A DNA stretch of 63,265 nt, from assembly GCA_003427395.1 (NCBI GenBank), contig BFEA01000017.1, positions 4,735,889 through 4,799,153 of the forward strand, given 5' to 3'. This document shows positions 13,887 to 26,945 of this stretch, piece after piece. The position numbers were made by a program, and so were the translations under genes. The notes under the pieces were generated by a model. It searched no databases. It was not told the DNA's origin and saw nothing but the letters and a program-made list of their open reading frames with translations. The first letter of the stretch is position 1, and each line of letters begins with the position of its first letter. This stretch comes from Chara braunii (lineage: Eukaryota; Plantae; Charophyceae).

Positions 13887-16306
13887 TAGTTACCCCTTTT
13901 TTTAATTATTTCAATTTATTTGTTTTTTGTGTCTTTGAGTGTTAACTCGAGTTTGGTACAGAATTTCGAGATGAGTCTCAGGCAAAAGTTGTTTGAAATA
14001 TCATGTTGCATAACATACTGTTTTTTCAGATTTTTTCAATGACATTTTTTTTTTTTTTTTCCGTACAGGAATACGTGTAGGCGTGTACGCGCAACCCGCG
14101 TACACGTACGCCGTGCTACCCAGCATAGAAGTATAAAAGTTTGAGAAATCGAGGCCATGACAGCAATTTAGGCAAAGTTCAAAAAAGACTCAGAACCCCC
14201 CCATCAATCCTCTTTACCTCACTCCGGCAAGCCTTACTGCGGCAGAGCCACCATCTCCGCTGCTGCTGTACCCGAACTCCATCCTACGAGCTAGCCCCCT
14301 CACTAGTAGGACGCTTAATATCCAACCATCAACTCCTCTCACCTTTTCTTGAAAAATTAAGAAGACCTCCCCCTGCCAGCATCAATTGCCCCGGAAACCA
14401 GGGGATTAACTGAGCAGGGACGATCCTAATAGTAGGTAAACTTGGAAAATATTTTGGAAAATATGAAAACATGCAACCTCTGGAACAGTTAGTTTTGAAA
14501 ATTTGGGACTTTTTTCCTAGGTAGCATGGCATGTCCAGCCGGATTAACTGTCCAAACTATCCGGACGGAACATCCAGGGGCGAGGTCCCATTAGCAGTCG
14601 GATAGGAGTGTGGCTGATCTAGTGTGACACTGAGTGGCAGCGGGCTGACAGGTTCATTACGAATTTCTGGGCTGAGAAAACATGAGAAAGGCAAAAAAAA
14701 AAAAAAGAAACAGAGACCTACCACCGAAATCACGGCAGAGTGCTTCCCAGCCATCAGATCACAGGTGATCTGATGGTGGTGGTTGCAACAACAGTGAACA
14801 AGTAACTGCCACTTTCTTTCTGGAATAAACTCGACTTCTGTCAGCAGTGATCCTGACACCCTCCATATACTCCGTGATTGAAGGAGGGCTTCACCCGATG
14901 AGATAATTGCACAACAGCAAGTAAAATGCTGAAAATCTTCTATCCAGTGGGCTAAGGCCGACCCCAACCTCGTTTGGGGTTGGCCACACCCCCAACCGAT
15001 TGAAAAGATTCTGGCGGGAAGCTGTCTTTGCACGGGCATGCCCAGTGTTAAGGAGAGGAGGAGGGGAACGAAGATCTCCTTACTTTTTCGGGTAATACAT
15101 GTAAAATACTGACGATGGGATCATGAGTAGTGCACGGCAGGATTTGGGTCACTCAACTGCCCCACAAACTCGTTTCTATCCTATCCCGTTGCTAGTGGGA
15201 CCTCGTCCGATTGGGTCACTCAACTGCCCCACAAACTCGTTTCTATCCCATCCGGTTGCTAGTGGGACCTCGCCCAAGTGGGACCTCGCCCAAGTGGGAC
15301 CTCGCCCCAGGGCCGAGGTCCCATTAGCAAAAAGGATAGGATCGAGCTCCTGAATCTGGATGTGCTTGATGCACAAATGCAGAAAAGCAGTTCAATCCCA
15401 ATTTCCTGCGCATCTCCATAAACTCGTCCAGATTCAGGCATTCGATCCGATCCTCTTTGCTAGTGGGACCACGCCCCAGGGGTAAAAAGGTTTATCCGGA
15501 TTTTCAGGATAAATTTCGAATAATTAAAAATTAAAAATAAAATTGTGTGTGTAAAATTTCTGCAAATTGAGCAATTGATCTGTCTAAGATTGGATTAAAA
15601 AACAACCTTAAATAAGGAAGTAATTGATAACGTATTCGGTTACGATAAATCCTTATATTTAAGTTAGTAGAATCCAAGTATAATGGAATTTGGATTTGTT
15701 GAAAATTTCTACTTTAATTTTTGTTTTGAATTTCCAGATCTGCTGGGAATTCCCTCCCCCCTCCTCCTCCCCTCCTCCCCTCCAGATAATACTTTTTATT
15801 TTAGCAGGAAAATGGGTCAGGCGGCCCTCACATAAGCCCCAAAGTCATACAGGGCTGAGCGAGGCAGATCTGCTGGGAATTTTGAAATGACCTCCAGCCA
15901 AAAGTTGTTGGTATTGTTATAATCTACAACACAACATACTTTTTTTTTCAGATTTTCCAGAAAAGTTTTTTTGTTGTTTGAAGGGGGAGGGGGAGGGGGA
16001 GGGGAGGGGCGCGGCGGGGGCGAAGGGTATTTATTCTGTTTTTGCTACTCTCTTTTCATTCTGTTTCTGCATGGAGTCAGTTTGTCATTCCACTGGCAGG
16101 CCTAGGGGCTGGGGGTCCAGGGAGAAACGAAAGGAAAGAAAGGGATGCCCAAATTGATCTTGTACTGGCTGCACAACCCAAATTGAATGAGGAGAATCCC
16201 CTTCCATGAGATAGAGAGGTCCCTGAAATCAGTGGGTTTTTTTTTTTTTTTTTTTTTTTTTTTTCCGGGTCTCCATACTGCACACCCAAACCGGGCACTA
16301 TGTGGG

Positions 16307-16337
<31 letters not shown>

Positions 16338-16399
16338 CTGTCAAGTTCGATAGCATTCCAGAGAGTATTCGTTGAATCTGACCCAGATCTGACAAGAGC

Positions 16400-18585
16400 T
16401 AGTACATGGCCCAGCCAAGTTGGGAATCACGGTTGTGCCAACATCACATAGGGCCCTACAGTGGCAGATTATACGCCGCTGCCTCCCCGCACCGGACTGG
16501 ATAACCACACGCACTAACCTAGAACAAACAGCCTGAGGGGTCCTATCCCCCATAATATGCTCCCACAGTGGAAATGGAGCACAGCCTAGGCGGGCTGAGC
16601 TGGAACACTGCCTACTGGCGTGCCCCATGGCAGTGCAGGCTTGGCAATGGTGGGACGCGATGTGCCATGAGCGCACGGATTCACCATTTCAATGGAATAT
16701 TGTCCTCATCCTGCTGGGAAAACAAAGAAGCTTCCCCTCCCTCCACCTGGACACCCTTTCAAGGTAACCTTTTCAAGCACATGAGGCTTGCCCTCCTCAT
16801 GGTCATCTGGAGGATGAGGTGCTCAGCAGAGCGTCAAGAAGAGGCCAGGCCCTTTGGTTTTCACCAAGCCAAGGCTTAACTTCTTGAGGTAATCAGGGCA
16901 AACATGCAGAAAGCCAGCAAAAAGTCGGTAGAGATGGTGAAAAAAAAAAAGGGAAAAGATAAAGAAGAAGTTAGTAGAAATGGTGAGTGCAGCTCCCAAC
17001 CAAGAGAGTAGGCAAAAACTAATAATTATTGCGGCCCTCACAGCAAAGAGGATAGTAGTATGGATTCCGTATGTCTGGGCCTAAGTCCTCCTCCATGCAA
17101 GCACATATTGGAACCGGCGACTTCGGCCTCAAGAGCGAAGTCTCTTAACCACTACAGCCAGGACACGGTGTTCAAAAGTGGAATCGTACCAGTCGTGATA
17201 TCCACCCCACCCCTGCAAGGCTGTAGTGTCCAACTCAACACACACCGCACACAACACCCACGGACACAGCAATTCTCGTACACTTCGCTCTGTAGTCAGC
17301 ACGTAACCCCCGCTGGTACTCTTACCCGCTCACACAGACGGGACTTATCAATGCCCGCGGTTCACGGGCGCTTCCACAGTAGTATGGATTCCGTACGTCT
17401 GGGCCTAAATCCTCCTCCGTGCAAGCACAGATTCAAACTGGCGACTTCGGCCTCAAAGAGGATAGACCCGAATCACTTTTTTTTTTTTTTTTTGGGAACA
17501 AGGCTCCAATCTATAGGTGGGGAGCAGCGCCCGAATCACAAACTGGCTGAGGTGCAGAAAGATGGAAGGCTAAGATGGAAGAACTGGGCAGCACACTGTG
17601 AGGACCACCTGTGGACATACAGACTGGCCAAGTTCTTCCCCAGACCATCCCCGGGTCAGAGGTGCACCTGGCCCCAGGAGAGTTGGATCAATGTTTAGAG
17701 GCTGGGCCCCGCCCTCTCCGCTCCCCCCGGTCACAATCCCCCCCCTCTAGTACCATCCCAGACCCCCCCACCCATCCGGTTGCCACCCCCGTCTCTCTTC
17801 CCTTAACTCCCCCNNNNNNNNNNNNNNNNNNNNNNNNNNNNNNNNNNNNNNNNNNNNNNNNNNNNNNNNNNNNNNNNNNNNNNNNNNNNNNNNNNNNNNN
17901 NNNNNNNNNNNNNNNNNNNNNNNNNNNNNNNNNNNNNNNNNNNNNNNNNNNNNNNNNNNNNNNNNNNNNNNNNNNNNNNNNNNNNNNNNNNNNNNNNNNN
18001 NNNNNNNNNNNNNNNNNNNNNNNNNNNNNNNNNNNNNNNNNNNNNNNNNNNNNNNNNNNNNNNNNNNNNNNNCTCCACCGCTACCATCCAACCCCGCACC
18101 CCCCACTCCGACACCGCCCCCACCTATCCCCAAGTTGAACTACCCATCCCACCCCTCACTGCCCCATTCCCTGCTCAGCCAGGAGTCACCCGGAGCATCC
18201 AACATCAGCAGCTCTGTAACAGACCACTAAAAAACAGCGAACTCAGAGGGACCCCGGCGACCCCGGCGACATTCACTTCAGACAGTGAAACACGGCAGCA
18301 ACGTGCCTCCTGGTACAGGAGCCCGGAGAATCACATCATGCCTGCCATGCTATAGCTGACAGGGAAGGAGAGAGCCCCTCTTGCGGAAAAATGGCACAGA
18401 CAGGACAGTAGACTATAGGGCCGAATCTGAGGGACGCTGGGCCCGGTTCTCAGCATGTTCTGTCTGGTTACTCAGGGTAGACTGTGAGGACCCCGGCCTC
18501 AATTTTCTCAACTATCAATATCAGCCTTGGGCACTGGGCCCGTTTCCTAATTGAAAAAAAAAAGAAAAAAAGGAAAAAAAAAAAA
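16400..18585 (+). mobile_element. L1/Tx1-type 3' fragment with nested insertions, C-rich 3' UTR, hairpin tail modules and poly(A)
   Basis: ALQWQII..ICSH..ELEHCLLACPMAVQAWQWW and MRLALLMVIWRMRC at about 16450-16825; apparently resumes near 17530; tail modules at 18431-18547 followed by an A-rich tract. Confidence 0.72.
17056..17453. mobile_element. ~400-bp insertion with 75-bp terminal direct repeats and 12-bp TSD
   Basis: caaagaggatag at 17044-17055 and 17454-17465; tagtatggattccgta...gacttcggcct repeated with period 324. Confidence 0.7.
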
Positions 18586-19014
18586 GAAGAAGAAGAAGAA
18601 GAGAAGATAAGGCTGAATCTGAGAAGACAAACAAAAATGCTCACACTGTACAGGAGCAGTGTAGTTTGACAAATTAAGTATCATCACCGACACATGTCTT
18701 CGGCTCTGTTCTTCTGGGACTGCTCTGTGTCTAAAGCTGCCATAATGATAGTCAGACTGTAAAACTTTACTTTCTCAGGACAATCAGGCCTTAAAAAAAA
18801 GGCTAGTTCATCAGGTTAACCCACAGGGACACTGGACAAACATGTGAAATGGGGGCTGCATAAGATGGGAACTGAGCTCTGACAAATGAGTCATAAGATA
18901 GAAGGACACAACAGGCAAGTTCCCACCTCTACAACAACGTGGGCTTTTTTTAAAAGAAAGAACGGAAGAAAGGAAAAAAAAAAAAAAAAGAGACAAGTGC
19001 GGTAGTAGCACACT

Positions 19015-19534
19015 TTCAAACTGTAAAGGCAAAAAAAACACTAATGGGCAACGGAAAAATGGCCGCAGTTCGAAAAGGCAGTCATAACATCAGAAGGCGG
19101 TAACATCAGGCCCCGAGTTTGAAAAGGGCAGTTGTAGCACCCTTTTTTTTTTTTTTCCTTCGATCACACATGGCGCNNNNNNNNNNNNNNNNNNNNNNNN
19201 NNNNNNNNNNNNNNNNNNNNNNNNNNNNNNNNNNNNNNNNNNNNNNNNNNNNNNNNNNNNNNNNNNNNNNNNNNNNNNNNNNNNNNNNNNNNNNNNNNNN
19301 NNNNNNNNNNNNNNNNNNNNNNNNNNNNNNNNNNNNNNNNNNNNNNNNNNNNNNNNNNNNNNNNNNNNNNNNNNNNNNNNNNNNNNNNNNNNNNNNNNNN
19401 NNNNNNNNNNNNNNNNNNNNNNNNNNNNNNNNNNNNNNNNNNNNNNNGTTACCGCCTTCTGATGTTATGACTGCCTTTTCGAACTACGGCCATTTTTTCG
19501 TTGCCCATTATTGTTTTTTTTGCCCTTTTGAACT
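19015..19534. mobile_element. Inverted-repeat element spanning an N gap (relative at about 50580-50700)
   Basis: 19015-19104 is the imperfect reverse complement of 19448-19534. Confidence 0.6.
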
Positions 19535-20558
19535 TCGTTTGTGACACAAACGTACTTGCCCCCCCCCAAAAAAAAAGGCAAGTTTCTAGGTGAGCGCTTT
19601 GTTAGTAGGAGGTAGGAGCTGTAGAAGTAGGGAGGGTGAAGGAAACAGCCCAGGCCCCATGGTGCTCCAGGATAGGGACTGGGGACTGACATGGCCACAG
19701 CCGCAGCAAACACTGTACTCATAAGATGTATCCAAGGGACGCTGGACCCGGTTTCCAGCAGGTGTCGCTCCCCACCAATAAATGGAGCAACCCGGCTGGC
19801 AAAGCCTCTATTCCGGTGGTTCTCTCTTACCACCACTGGAATAGAGGCCTTGGATAAGGGCTTTAAAATTGAGGGGAAAAAAGAAAGAAAGAGAGAATCA
19901 CGATTGAGCCTCTCAGACAAAATCGGAGGCTTGGGGCAACTGGACTGAAATGGATGGCGGCACCAGGCGTAACTACAAGGAAAACGCTGCGCTGGCATTT
20001 CAGCCAAGAAAACGCTGTGCTGGCATTTCAGCCAAGAAAATGCTGCGCTGGCATTTCAGCCAAGCTTGGCGTGCACGTACGAAAGAGGGACAAATGCACT
20101 AGTCCTTGTAGGTAGGCAAGTGAAGGCAGATGATTTCCCACGAGATCAACGTTACCCAGTGTTGTTTGATGTCAAGCACCGGTTGCACTAACTGTGGAGA
20201 AGTACTCTCATCCAGGGCTTCAAGAGGGGTCAGAAACGGCCCTTGGGACGCGCTCTTGAAGCTTCCACAGTTCCCGCCTGCAGCCGCATGTTTTTCAAAC
20301 GAGGCCGACCGGACCCTTCTTGCGGTTTGCAAATTCGAGAGTTGGCCTCCAGTCTCGGTCGACAAAATCCTCGCTGCCCTGTCGTGTAGTGTCTTTTCAG
20401 TTCCGTGAACTTCTGTCCGACAGTCAAGAATGCTCACGAGTCGAGAGTTCGTTGAGGCCGATCCGGGAGTCTGACAGCGCAAGATGCACTCTTGAATATT
20501 TTCATGTGTCTAGCGTAGTGCAGCGAGGCCCAACGTCCGTGCCATGTAGAGATACATA

Positions 20559-20724
20559 GGGCCAGATCCCACTGGCAAAGAGGATTGGAAGAAATGTCTG
20601 AATCTGGACGTGTTTGTGGACAGGTGCGAAAAATTGTGATTGATCTACTTTTCTGCAACTCTGCGTAGAACACGTCCAGATTCAGACATTTCTTGCAATC
20701 CTCTTTGCCAGTGGGATCTGGCCC
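20559..20724. mobile_element. PIF/Harbinger-like palindromic MITE (relatives at 15310-15477 and 36092-36261; the same TIR bounds 14577-15308)
   Basis: TIR gggccagatcccactggcaaagaggat..., about 50-bp arms, 3-bp TSD ata. Confidence 0.78.
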
Positions 20725-20876
20725 ATAGAGTGCTACAGTAACTATTGTATGTATAGTGAGCAACAACAGGCTCCAGCGGGCTGGCTTGTCTTTACCACAG
20801 TCATCAAGATTCAAGACTACCTATTTCCCCCGAATACAACGTAGGGTCATTATCGCTGTATTTAGACTGAAAGATA

Positions 20877-20975
20877 ACCCTGGGGCCTACTTATCGGGGA
20901 TGCTCTTATCACCTCAGTAGGTTTTTCCAGCATAGAAGTTAAAAAAAAAAAAGAAAAAAAAAAAGAAAAAAAAAA
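20877..20975 (+). mobile_element. Minimal retro-insertion: single stem-loop plus A tail, with 13-bp TSD, inside a MITE
   Basis: TSD agactgaaagata at 20864-20876 and 20976-20988; insert is cctac..gctcttatca..gtagg hairpin followed by an A-rich tail. Confidence 0.88.
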
Positions 20976-21818
20976 AGACTGAAAGATATCTCACAGACAG
21001 CTATAATGACTGTAGTCACTGTACTTTGTATTGGGGGAAGAAGGTAGTGAGTCACTACACCAGTCTCCACGAAGAGACATTGGGCCTCCCTCCACTACTC
21101 TCCAAATGTGCAAAACGAGAATGAATCTTCTGCTAGAACAAGGAAAGATACACCGCCATGATTTTTGTCTTTTGTGCATGTGGAGAGTAGTGCAGCGAGG
21201 CCCATTGTCAGCATACAACCTATGCAATCCGAAAGAAGTAGAAGAGGAAAGTGAGGGCCTCGTTGCACTACTCGCCAGCCAGCCATCCGCCAACATCTTG
21301 ATTGCATGTGGACATCATCTCTGTCCAGATGCATTCGAATTCTTGGCCGATGGAGAGTAGTGCAACTAGGGCCTGAGAGGGAGAGGGAGAGGTAGAAGTA
21401 GAAGAAGAAGGTGGTCGGGCAGAATCGTGCGTCTATTGTGGGGTTATGTATTGGCGAACATGAAGAGACATGCACTCAGGAAAAAGAAGGGGGAAAAGAA
21501 AAGTCAAGGATGACTTGACAAGATAGTCATTTCAATTTGTGTCGGCCCCAAAAAAAACTGCATCCAACAGAACAAGAGAGACCGAAAACCCGACGGCCAT
21601 AAATATTTCAGTGCTTGTAGTGTCAGCGGGGCCGCCAGCCAGCACTCCTCAGGGGTTTGAAAAAGGGGTCTAATGGCCAATACCGTTGCTGCATGGCAAC
21701 CAACAAATAGTGGCCAGGCCCTGCCAATGCTCAAAGCATTTCTATGTGACCCTGGGGGAAAAAATATCCAGTTTATTTTTTCTGCACAAAGTAGTTTTTT
21801 TTTTCGGAATTCTTTTAA

Positions 21819-22164
21819 GGGATAATTTGCAAAATACCCCCTACGTTGAGATGTATGCCAAAATGCCCTGAAAGATGTGGGTAGAGCGGAATGCCCTTTT
21901 GGGCCGAAATCTGTGTTATGCCCCTATCAAGCAGGTGTGCAAATTTGCAATCTGGACCTCGCCCTTTGGGCCTTCTCCTTTTGCAACCAGGCCCCCTTGG
22001 AACAGTTGGCAAGTACCGGGGGATATTTCGCAAGCCTTAACCTACGCAAGGGGTATTGCACAATTCTTTTTTGTTTTGTCAGAAGAGCATTCCGCTCTTC
22101 CTACATCTTTCAGGGGCATTTCGGCATATATCTCAACTTATGTGGATATTTTGCAAATTATCCC
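21819..22164. mobile_element. Mutator-like MITE with about 80-bp TIRs
   Basis: gggataatttgcaaaata...gagcggaatgc versus gcattccgctc...tattttgcaaattatccc; TSD not preserved. Confidence 0.72.
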
Positions 22165-22895
22165 TGCCTACTCGTTGCCCGGCCCGGGCGGCCAGGTGGT
22201 TGGTAATGCAGTTCATTTATTTTGATTGGACTGACGGAAGACGGGCAGGGAACTCTTAGCACTAGCACTACTGAAACTGTATCTGATGGCATTTACGGCC
22301 GGACCTGGATGTCTCTGAACGAAGAGGATGGCAAAAATAAGTAGAAAAGTCGTAGTGTGAGTATGCCCTTAATCTTGCAAGTGTAATCTCTTACATAGCC
22401 AAATGCGTCCCTAGTTGAGGTCAGATACGTCCTTGAAAGCCCCACACCCCACGTGGATATCTCCCTTTTCTTTCTGCGGGCCCTAAAGGCTACCCCAAGT
22501 ATAACCCTTATTACCATAAGGCAGCATCCCGAAATAGCAAGCCCAGCTACCTGACAAAACGCAACCCCGAAAGGCGCAGCCTCCTGGCTGCGAAATTATA
22601 TACCCTCATTATACCCCAAAAAATGCACCCCAATTGTACCCCAATTGTATATTACCCTCACGCCCAACAGCACATGTGGGGACATATCTCCCTAAATTCA
22701 CCTTCTTGCAGACACACACATACGCAAACCCACCCACCCCGTACCCCTCTCCGACCTCCACAGACACACACACACCAACAGAGCACCAACTTTGTGGTAA
22801 TCTAAGCTGCGTGGAAATCTGAGATAGAACAGTTTCTTCATCATATTTTAGAATCAAGCTCAATGCACCGAACCGGGAGAAAAAGGGTGCTGTTT

Positions 22896-22999
22896 GTCCT
22901 TGGGGAGCATGCGTTTAAATTGGAACGATACAGAGGATGAATATTTGCATGGCCTCTGCGCAAGGATGACATGCATGAATTAACAAACGATCTATTTTT
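22896..22999 (+). pseudogene. U6: Diverged full-length U6 snRNA copy
   Basis: aaattggaacgatacagag...gcatggcctctgcgcaaggatgac..., ending in a T run; substitutions in and after the ACAGAGA box; no clear USE/TATA upstream. Confidence 0.85.
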
Positions 23000-23075
23000 A
23001 GGGGACCCGGTGCTGAAGTGCTCTCCGTGGGCCCGCGCAACAGATCTCACGTGGCCCGACGTCATGATCCCAAGC

Positions 23076-23128
23076 GGCCCCTCTGGGACACCGGTTAAAA
23101 TCGGAACAATATAGAGAAGATTGACATG
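23076..23128 (+). pseudogene. U6: U6 snRNA 5'-half fragment
   Basis: ggcccctctgggacaccggttaaaatcggaacaatatagagaagattgacatg resembles plant U6 nt 1-52. Confidence 0.75.
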
Positions 23129-25158
23129 AAAACAACACAATAAAGATCCCCTCTGGAGGGGTTATGTTTTTTCTTTTATTTATTATTATTATTATTATTA
23201 TTTTTTTAAAACCAAAGCTCCATCTATTGGTGGGGAGCGACACCTGCTGCAATTTGTGAGGATATGGTTGTATCTATGAGGGGTTATGTTATTACATTCT
23301 ACGTAAACGTAATGTACAGTCTAGAGATTCCACTTTCGATCTATTATATGTGTAATATATGTATAGAGTCTAATATACATAATATATAATCAGACCAAGA
23401 TAGATTTCTGATAAATAGCAAAGAACACCCAGACCAAGAGCAGTTATATATTCTTTTTTCACTTCTTCTTTTTTTCTTCTTTTTCCCCCATACCAACAGT
23501 AGTGATCAAACCATTTGAAAACTTTGGCCCTTTATGGTGGCAGCTTGATTTAGAAATTTAAAGGCCTACAACCGCGTCAACTGGTTGTTTGTCCTTGCTA
23601 CGCTGGAGCACATGAACTTCGGGGAGCATTTCCGACCGTCTATTGCAGCGATGTATTGCTCCTCAACAGCTTCCGTCCTTGTCTCACTCAATGGAAGTAG
23701 AACACAGGATTTCCAACTGTCAGGATCCCTACCTCAGGGATGTCCAATGGCGCCGCTGCTGTTTGTAATCCCTATGGAAGTGCTCTCTTGAACTCTCTCA
23801 GGGCTGCTTCGCTGGTGAAGGGACGGCAACTGAGGGAGGGAGAAGAAGTACTCAGTACTTACCGGAGCTATCGCTGATGATCTGCTACTGGTCACACTGT
23901 CAGAGGCAACAGTGGAATCAACAGGGGTGGCCAAGGGAATAGTGGACCAATATGCAGCGCTATCAGAGGCCAAAGTAAATTGTGAAAAATCATCATATTT
24001 CCTGCCCGGCCCGGCTGAATATGAGTTGCCAGATGATTGGAGAATGAAACGTATTAGAGAGGCGGACTCGGAGAGGTACTTGGGGGTGCAAATCTCACGG
24101 TCTAGCAGCTGCCCAGTACAAGATGCCATCTTAGTAGTAGGGAGGACTGAGGCGTCCATCCATAAGACTTAGTGTAAAGCGGCAACGGGTCTGTCTTTCA
24201 AGTTGTTGGGCAGAGCCACAGTAATCACAGCGGCGGTATTTTTTTTTTTTTTGGTATTTTCCTTACTGTGGCGTATTGCCGCGGTTTTCTTGATCTCCTG
24301 GACCAAACCTACGCGACAGAAGGTGAAGCACATGGCATCCAGATACCTCTGGAAGCCAAGGGCAGAGGACCAGAAGGGCTTCATCACCAAGGTGGCATGG
24401 GACAAAGTGGTGAGCCCTGGGGACCAAGGGGGCCTGGGGATTATTAACCCAGAGAGACAAAACGTGGCGCTGCTGGGGAAATGGGTAATAAAGGTAGCAA
24501 CTCAAGCAGAGCAACGAAGCTGGCTGGAGATCGTCCAATACATCCTTTAACAAGATTTCCATCTCCGAGTCGGCTCAACAGAAGAGGTGACTGTCTGGAC
24601 CTGTTTGCAATTGACCAGTTTAAATTTATAAACCGACGCCCAAAGTCGGAAATTGGGCGGGCATCATGATGGTGGATTGTGTGCAGAAAGCTAAGACCAC
24701 AAGAGAGTCCAGCCCCGCGGCTCAAAGAGGAAATCCTGATCCAGATGCTCTTCGGCAACCCAAAGACTCTGCAGGGGGAGGGCTCTAGCTTCTTGGCAGC
24801 AGCAACACCAAGAGGAAGCTTTGGGAGGAGATGGATGGAAAAAGGGGTGACGCAAACCAGGGACATCCGGTAGGAGGAGAGGAAGGTCTGGAAGTCGGAG
24901 AGAGAACTTTGAGAGCAGTTGGGCAGACTGAGAGGAGTAGGGGAGAAGCTCCGGAGGCTAATTGAAGCCAGCCCCCAAGCCTGGCAGGAGACATCAAGGG
25001 ATGAGAACAGACTGGTACTAATTGGAGCTTGGTACAAGGACATGTACGCCCCCGGGTCACGGGTACAATTCTACCAAGTGGAGGCATGTGCGGATGAAGG
25101 GGGCTGGGAGGCCTCGCGGAGGGTCTAGAGTCAGGCACAGGAACCAAAGGGAAAGTTA

Positions 25159-25310
25159 AACCACCAGTACTTGGCCCAGCTATCGGCCGCGGAAAAAAAA
25201 AGAGTAGAAACGTTTCTAGTCGGATGAATTTGGGCTCTCCTGTAGTGGCCCGTACGTTTCCTAAGATCGTGGCACGTTAACGGGCACGACTCGAGGAAGT
25301 ACTGGTGGCT
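25159..25310. mobile_element. MITE with TIR AACCACCAGTAC (other copies 941-1130, from 1133, 6982-7144, 8361-8561, 28970-29246, 38159-38642)
   Basis: Terminal aaccaccagtac / gtactggtggtt in T/A-rich targets; interrupts L1 ORF2 here; superfamily not assigned (TSD is TA or TWA, ambiguous). Confidence 0.82.
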
Positions 25311-26181
25311 TAAGCAGGGAGGGAGACACGCATCAGTTCAGAACATAACTGGACAGCTGTCAGAGTAATTATGACACCTGAGATATTAAATGGGGTGGAA
25401 GGATGGAGGGTAATACAGGGAGGAAGGGCAATCACCGAACTCCGCCTAGATCCAAGAGCAGCGGTGTGGGTAGCAGCAGGGACAACAAATAGTACGCTCC
25501 CTCATTACACAATGTCATCTAAACTGGGTCGGAAACTAAGGAAGGTCGGTGTCGTACACACATTGTCAAGAGATCTGGGACAGAACATTCAGACTGCTGA
25601 CTCAGAGGAGTACCAATCCGCCAACCGAGAGGAAGATGAAGGAGCTATGGGCGCAACTCCCTGTGCTACCAAGCCTCAAATTCTCAGGCCTGTTATGGAT
25701 GCTGTCGCACTCAGCATTCCCTTCAGCTGCCTGGTTGGTGAGCAAAGGCATGCAAATCCAGATCACATAATCAAGATGCGGAGACAGAGAGGAGGAAACA
25801 CTGCTACATCTTGTGTGGGAATGCCCCGCCTCCAAAAGAATTTGGAGATGGTGGGCAGGGCACTGGCAAAAGTTGGGCTCGGCGTTAGTTTGGGATCAGA
25901 AGTGGGTGACCACGGGCCAAATATGAGGTTGCGCCTATACGGCACAAGCCTCCATAAGATCCGCTTGGCAATCATGTGGCTGATCTGAGAGGACTGCAAT
26001 TATGTGCTGTTCAAGGGCGAATGGTCGTCAGATGACTGACGGCCATCAAAAGGAAACTCAAGTCCCTGATACGCACAATGAATGATAGCTGCAGCCTGCA
26101 GACTGGACTCGAAAGGCACATAGTGGTAGGTCGCGAGGGATGAGATGGTTCCTATTCACTTGGCCCAGGGGGAGCCAGGTA

Positions 26182-26289
26182 CCTTCTTCCCCCTAATACA
26201 ACGTAGAACGGTCATTATAGCTGTATCTAGACTGAAAGATGCCTCAAATACAGCTCTAATGACCGTACGCTGTATTCGGGGGATGAAGG
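26182..26289. mobile_element. Tc2/pogo-like palindromic MITE (relatives at 20820-21044, 44501-44613, 47238-47342, 53151-53230)
   Basis: TA-flanked, about 105-bp near-palindrome cc(g/t)tcttc.cccgaata.aacg...; shared central tagactgaaag loop in all copies. Confidence 0.8.
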
Positions 26290-26945
26290 TAGCTGGAGTT
26301 ACTGTGGAGGGGAGGTTAGTCTTATCACCTTGGTTGAGTTCGTGAAGCGGATTGTCCCCCCCACCTGACCTCTCGGTGGGTATTTTTCTGAGTATAGGGC
26401 TGCAGGAGGCCAACACCAGCCGCTTCTCAGACGGGTAGGGAGAGGCGTAGATAATAGAATGCCAGAGCCCAATTGGCTCTGTGGGGCCGACATTAGGTCC
26501 TTACTTGTGAGGTAGCAAGAAGGACAATCGGGGATATAGGCTCAGGGGAGCTGGATATGGGAGGGAATGGCAACAAGGAGAACCAATTAGTGGCAATAAT
26601 GTGGGAGTTTGACTGAGTAGAAGTAAGGGTAAAGGGTTCTTTTTGGAAAGGAGAAGTTCAGAGAAGTATTGGCTAGGAACCTAGTAGTAGGTTATGCAGT
26701 CGAACAGACACTTCGGGTCCCTCTCGGGTCCTGTAAAAAGCGAAGCTGGGTAATGCTCCTAGCACCGACGTTTATGTGGGGTGGCCGGCCCCTCCTTGCT
26801 TAATGAGTAACAAATGTGTTTTCCTCAAAAAAAGAAAAAAAACTTTGGCCGGTTTGGGCTGGTGGATCAGTGATTAGAGCACCGGCTGGAATTATTGCAC
26901 ATTGTGGTTTGAGGTTGTGGTTTCAAAACTCCATGGCCTCGTGCA

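Larger units (their letters stand above)
23542..26842 (+). mobile_element. Decayed, 5'-truncated L1/Tx1-type non-LTR retrotransposon (RT, C-terminal zinc knuckle, 3' UTR, A tail)
   Basis: Frameshifted motifs LD..KAYNRVNW, QGCPMAPLLF, ADDL, VNCEKS, RYLGVQI, KVAWDKV..P..QGGLG and C..EETLLHLVWEC; many stops; A-rich tail at about 26827-26842; interrupted by two MITEs. Confidence 0.92.

Noticed and set aside
17062-17150. Possible HDV-like ribozyme
   Set aside because: P3/P2 cannot be assigned, and the putative P4 is not retained in the second repeat copy.
19981-20064. 28-bp repeat x3 as a possible CRISPR array
   Set aside because: Units are contiguous with no spacers, there are no cas genes, and the context is eukaryotic; it is a minisatellite.
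20158-20412. Possible minus-strand exon (ag...gt bounded, open frame)
   Set aside because: No recognisable protein motif and no partner exons; cannot be supported without homology or RNA data.
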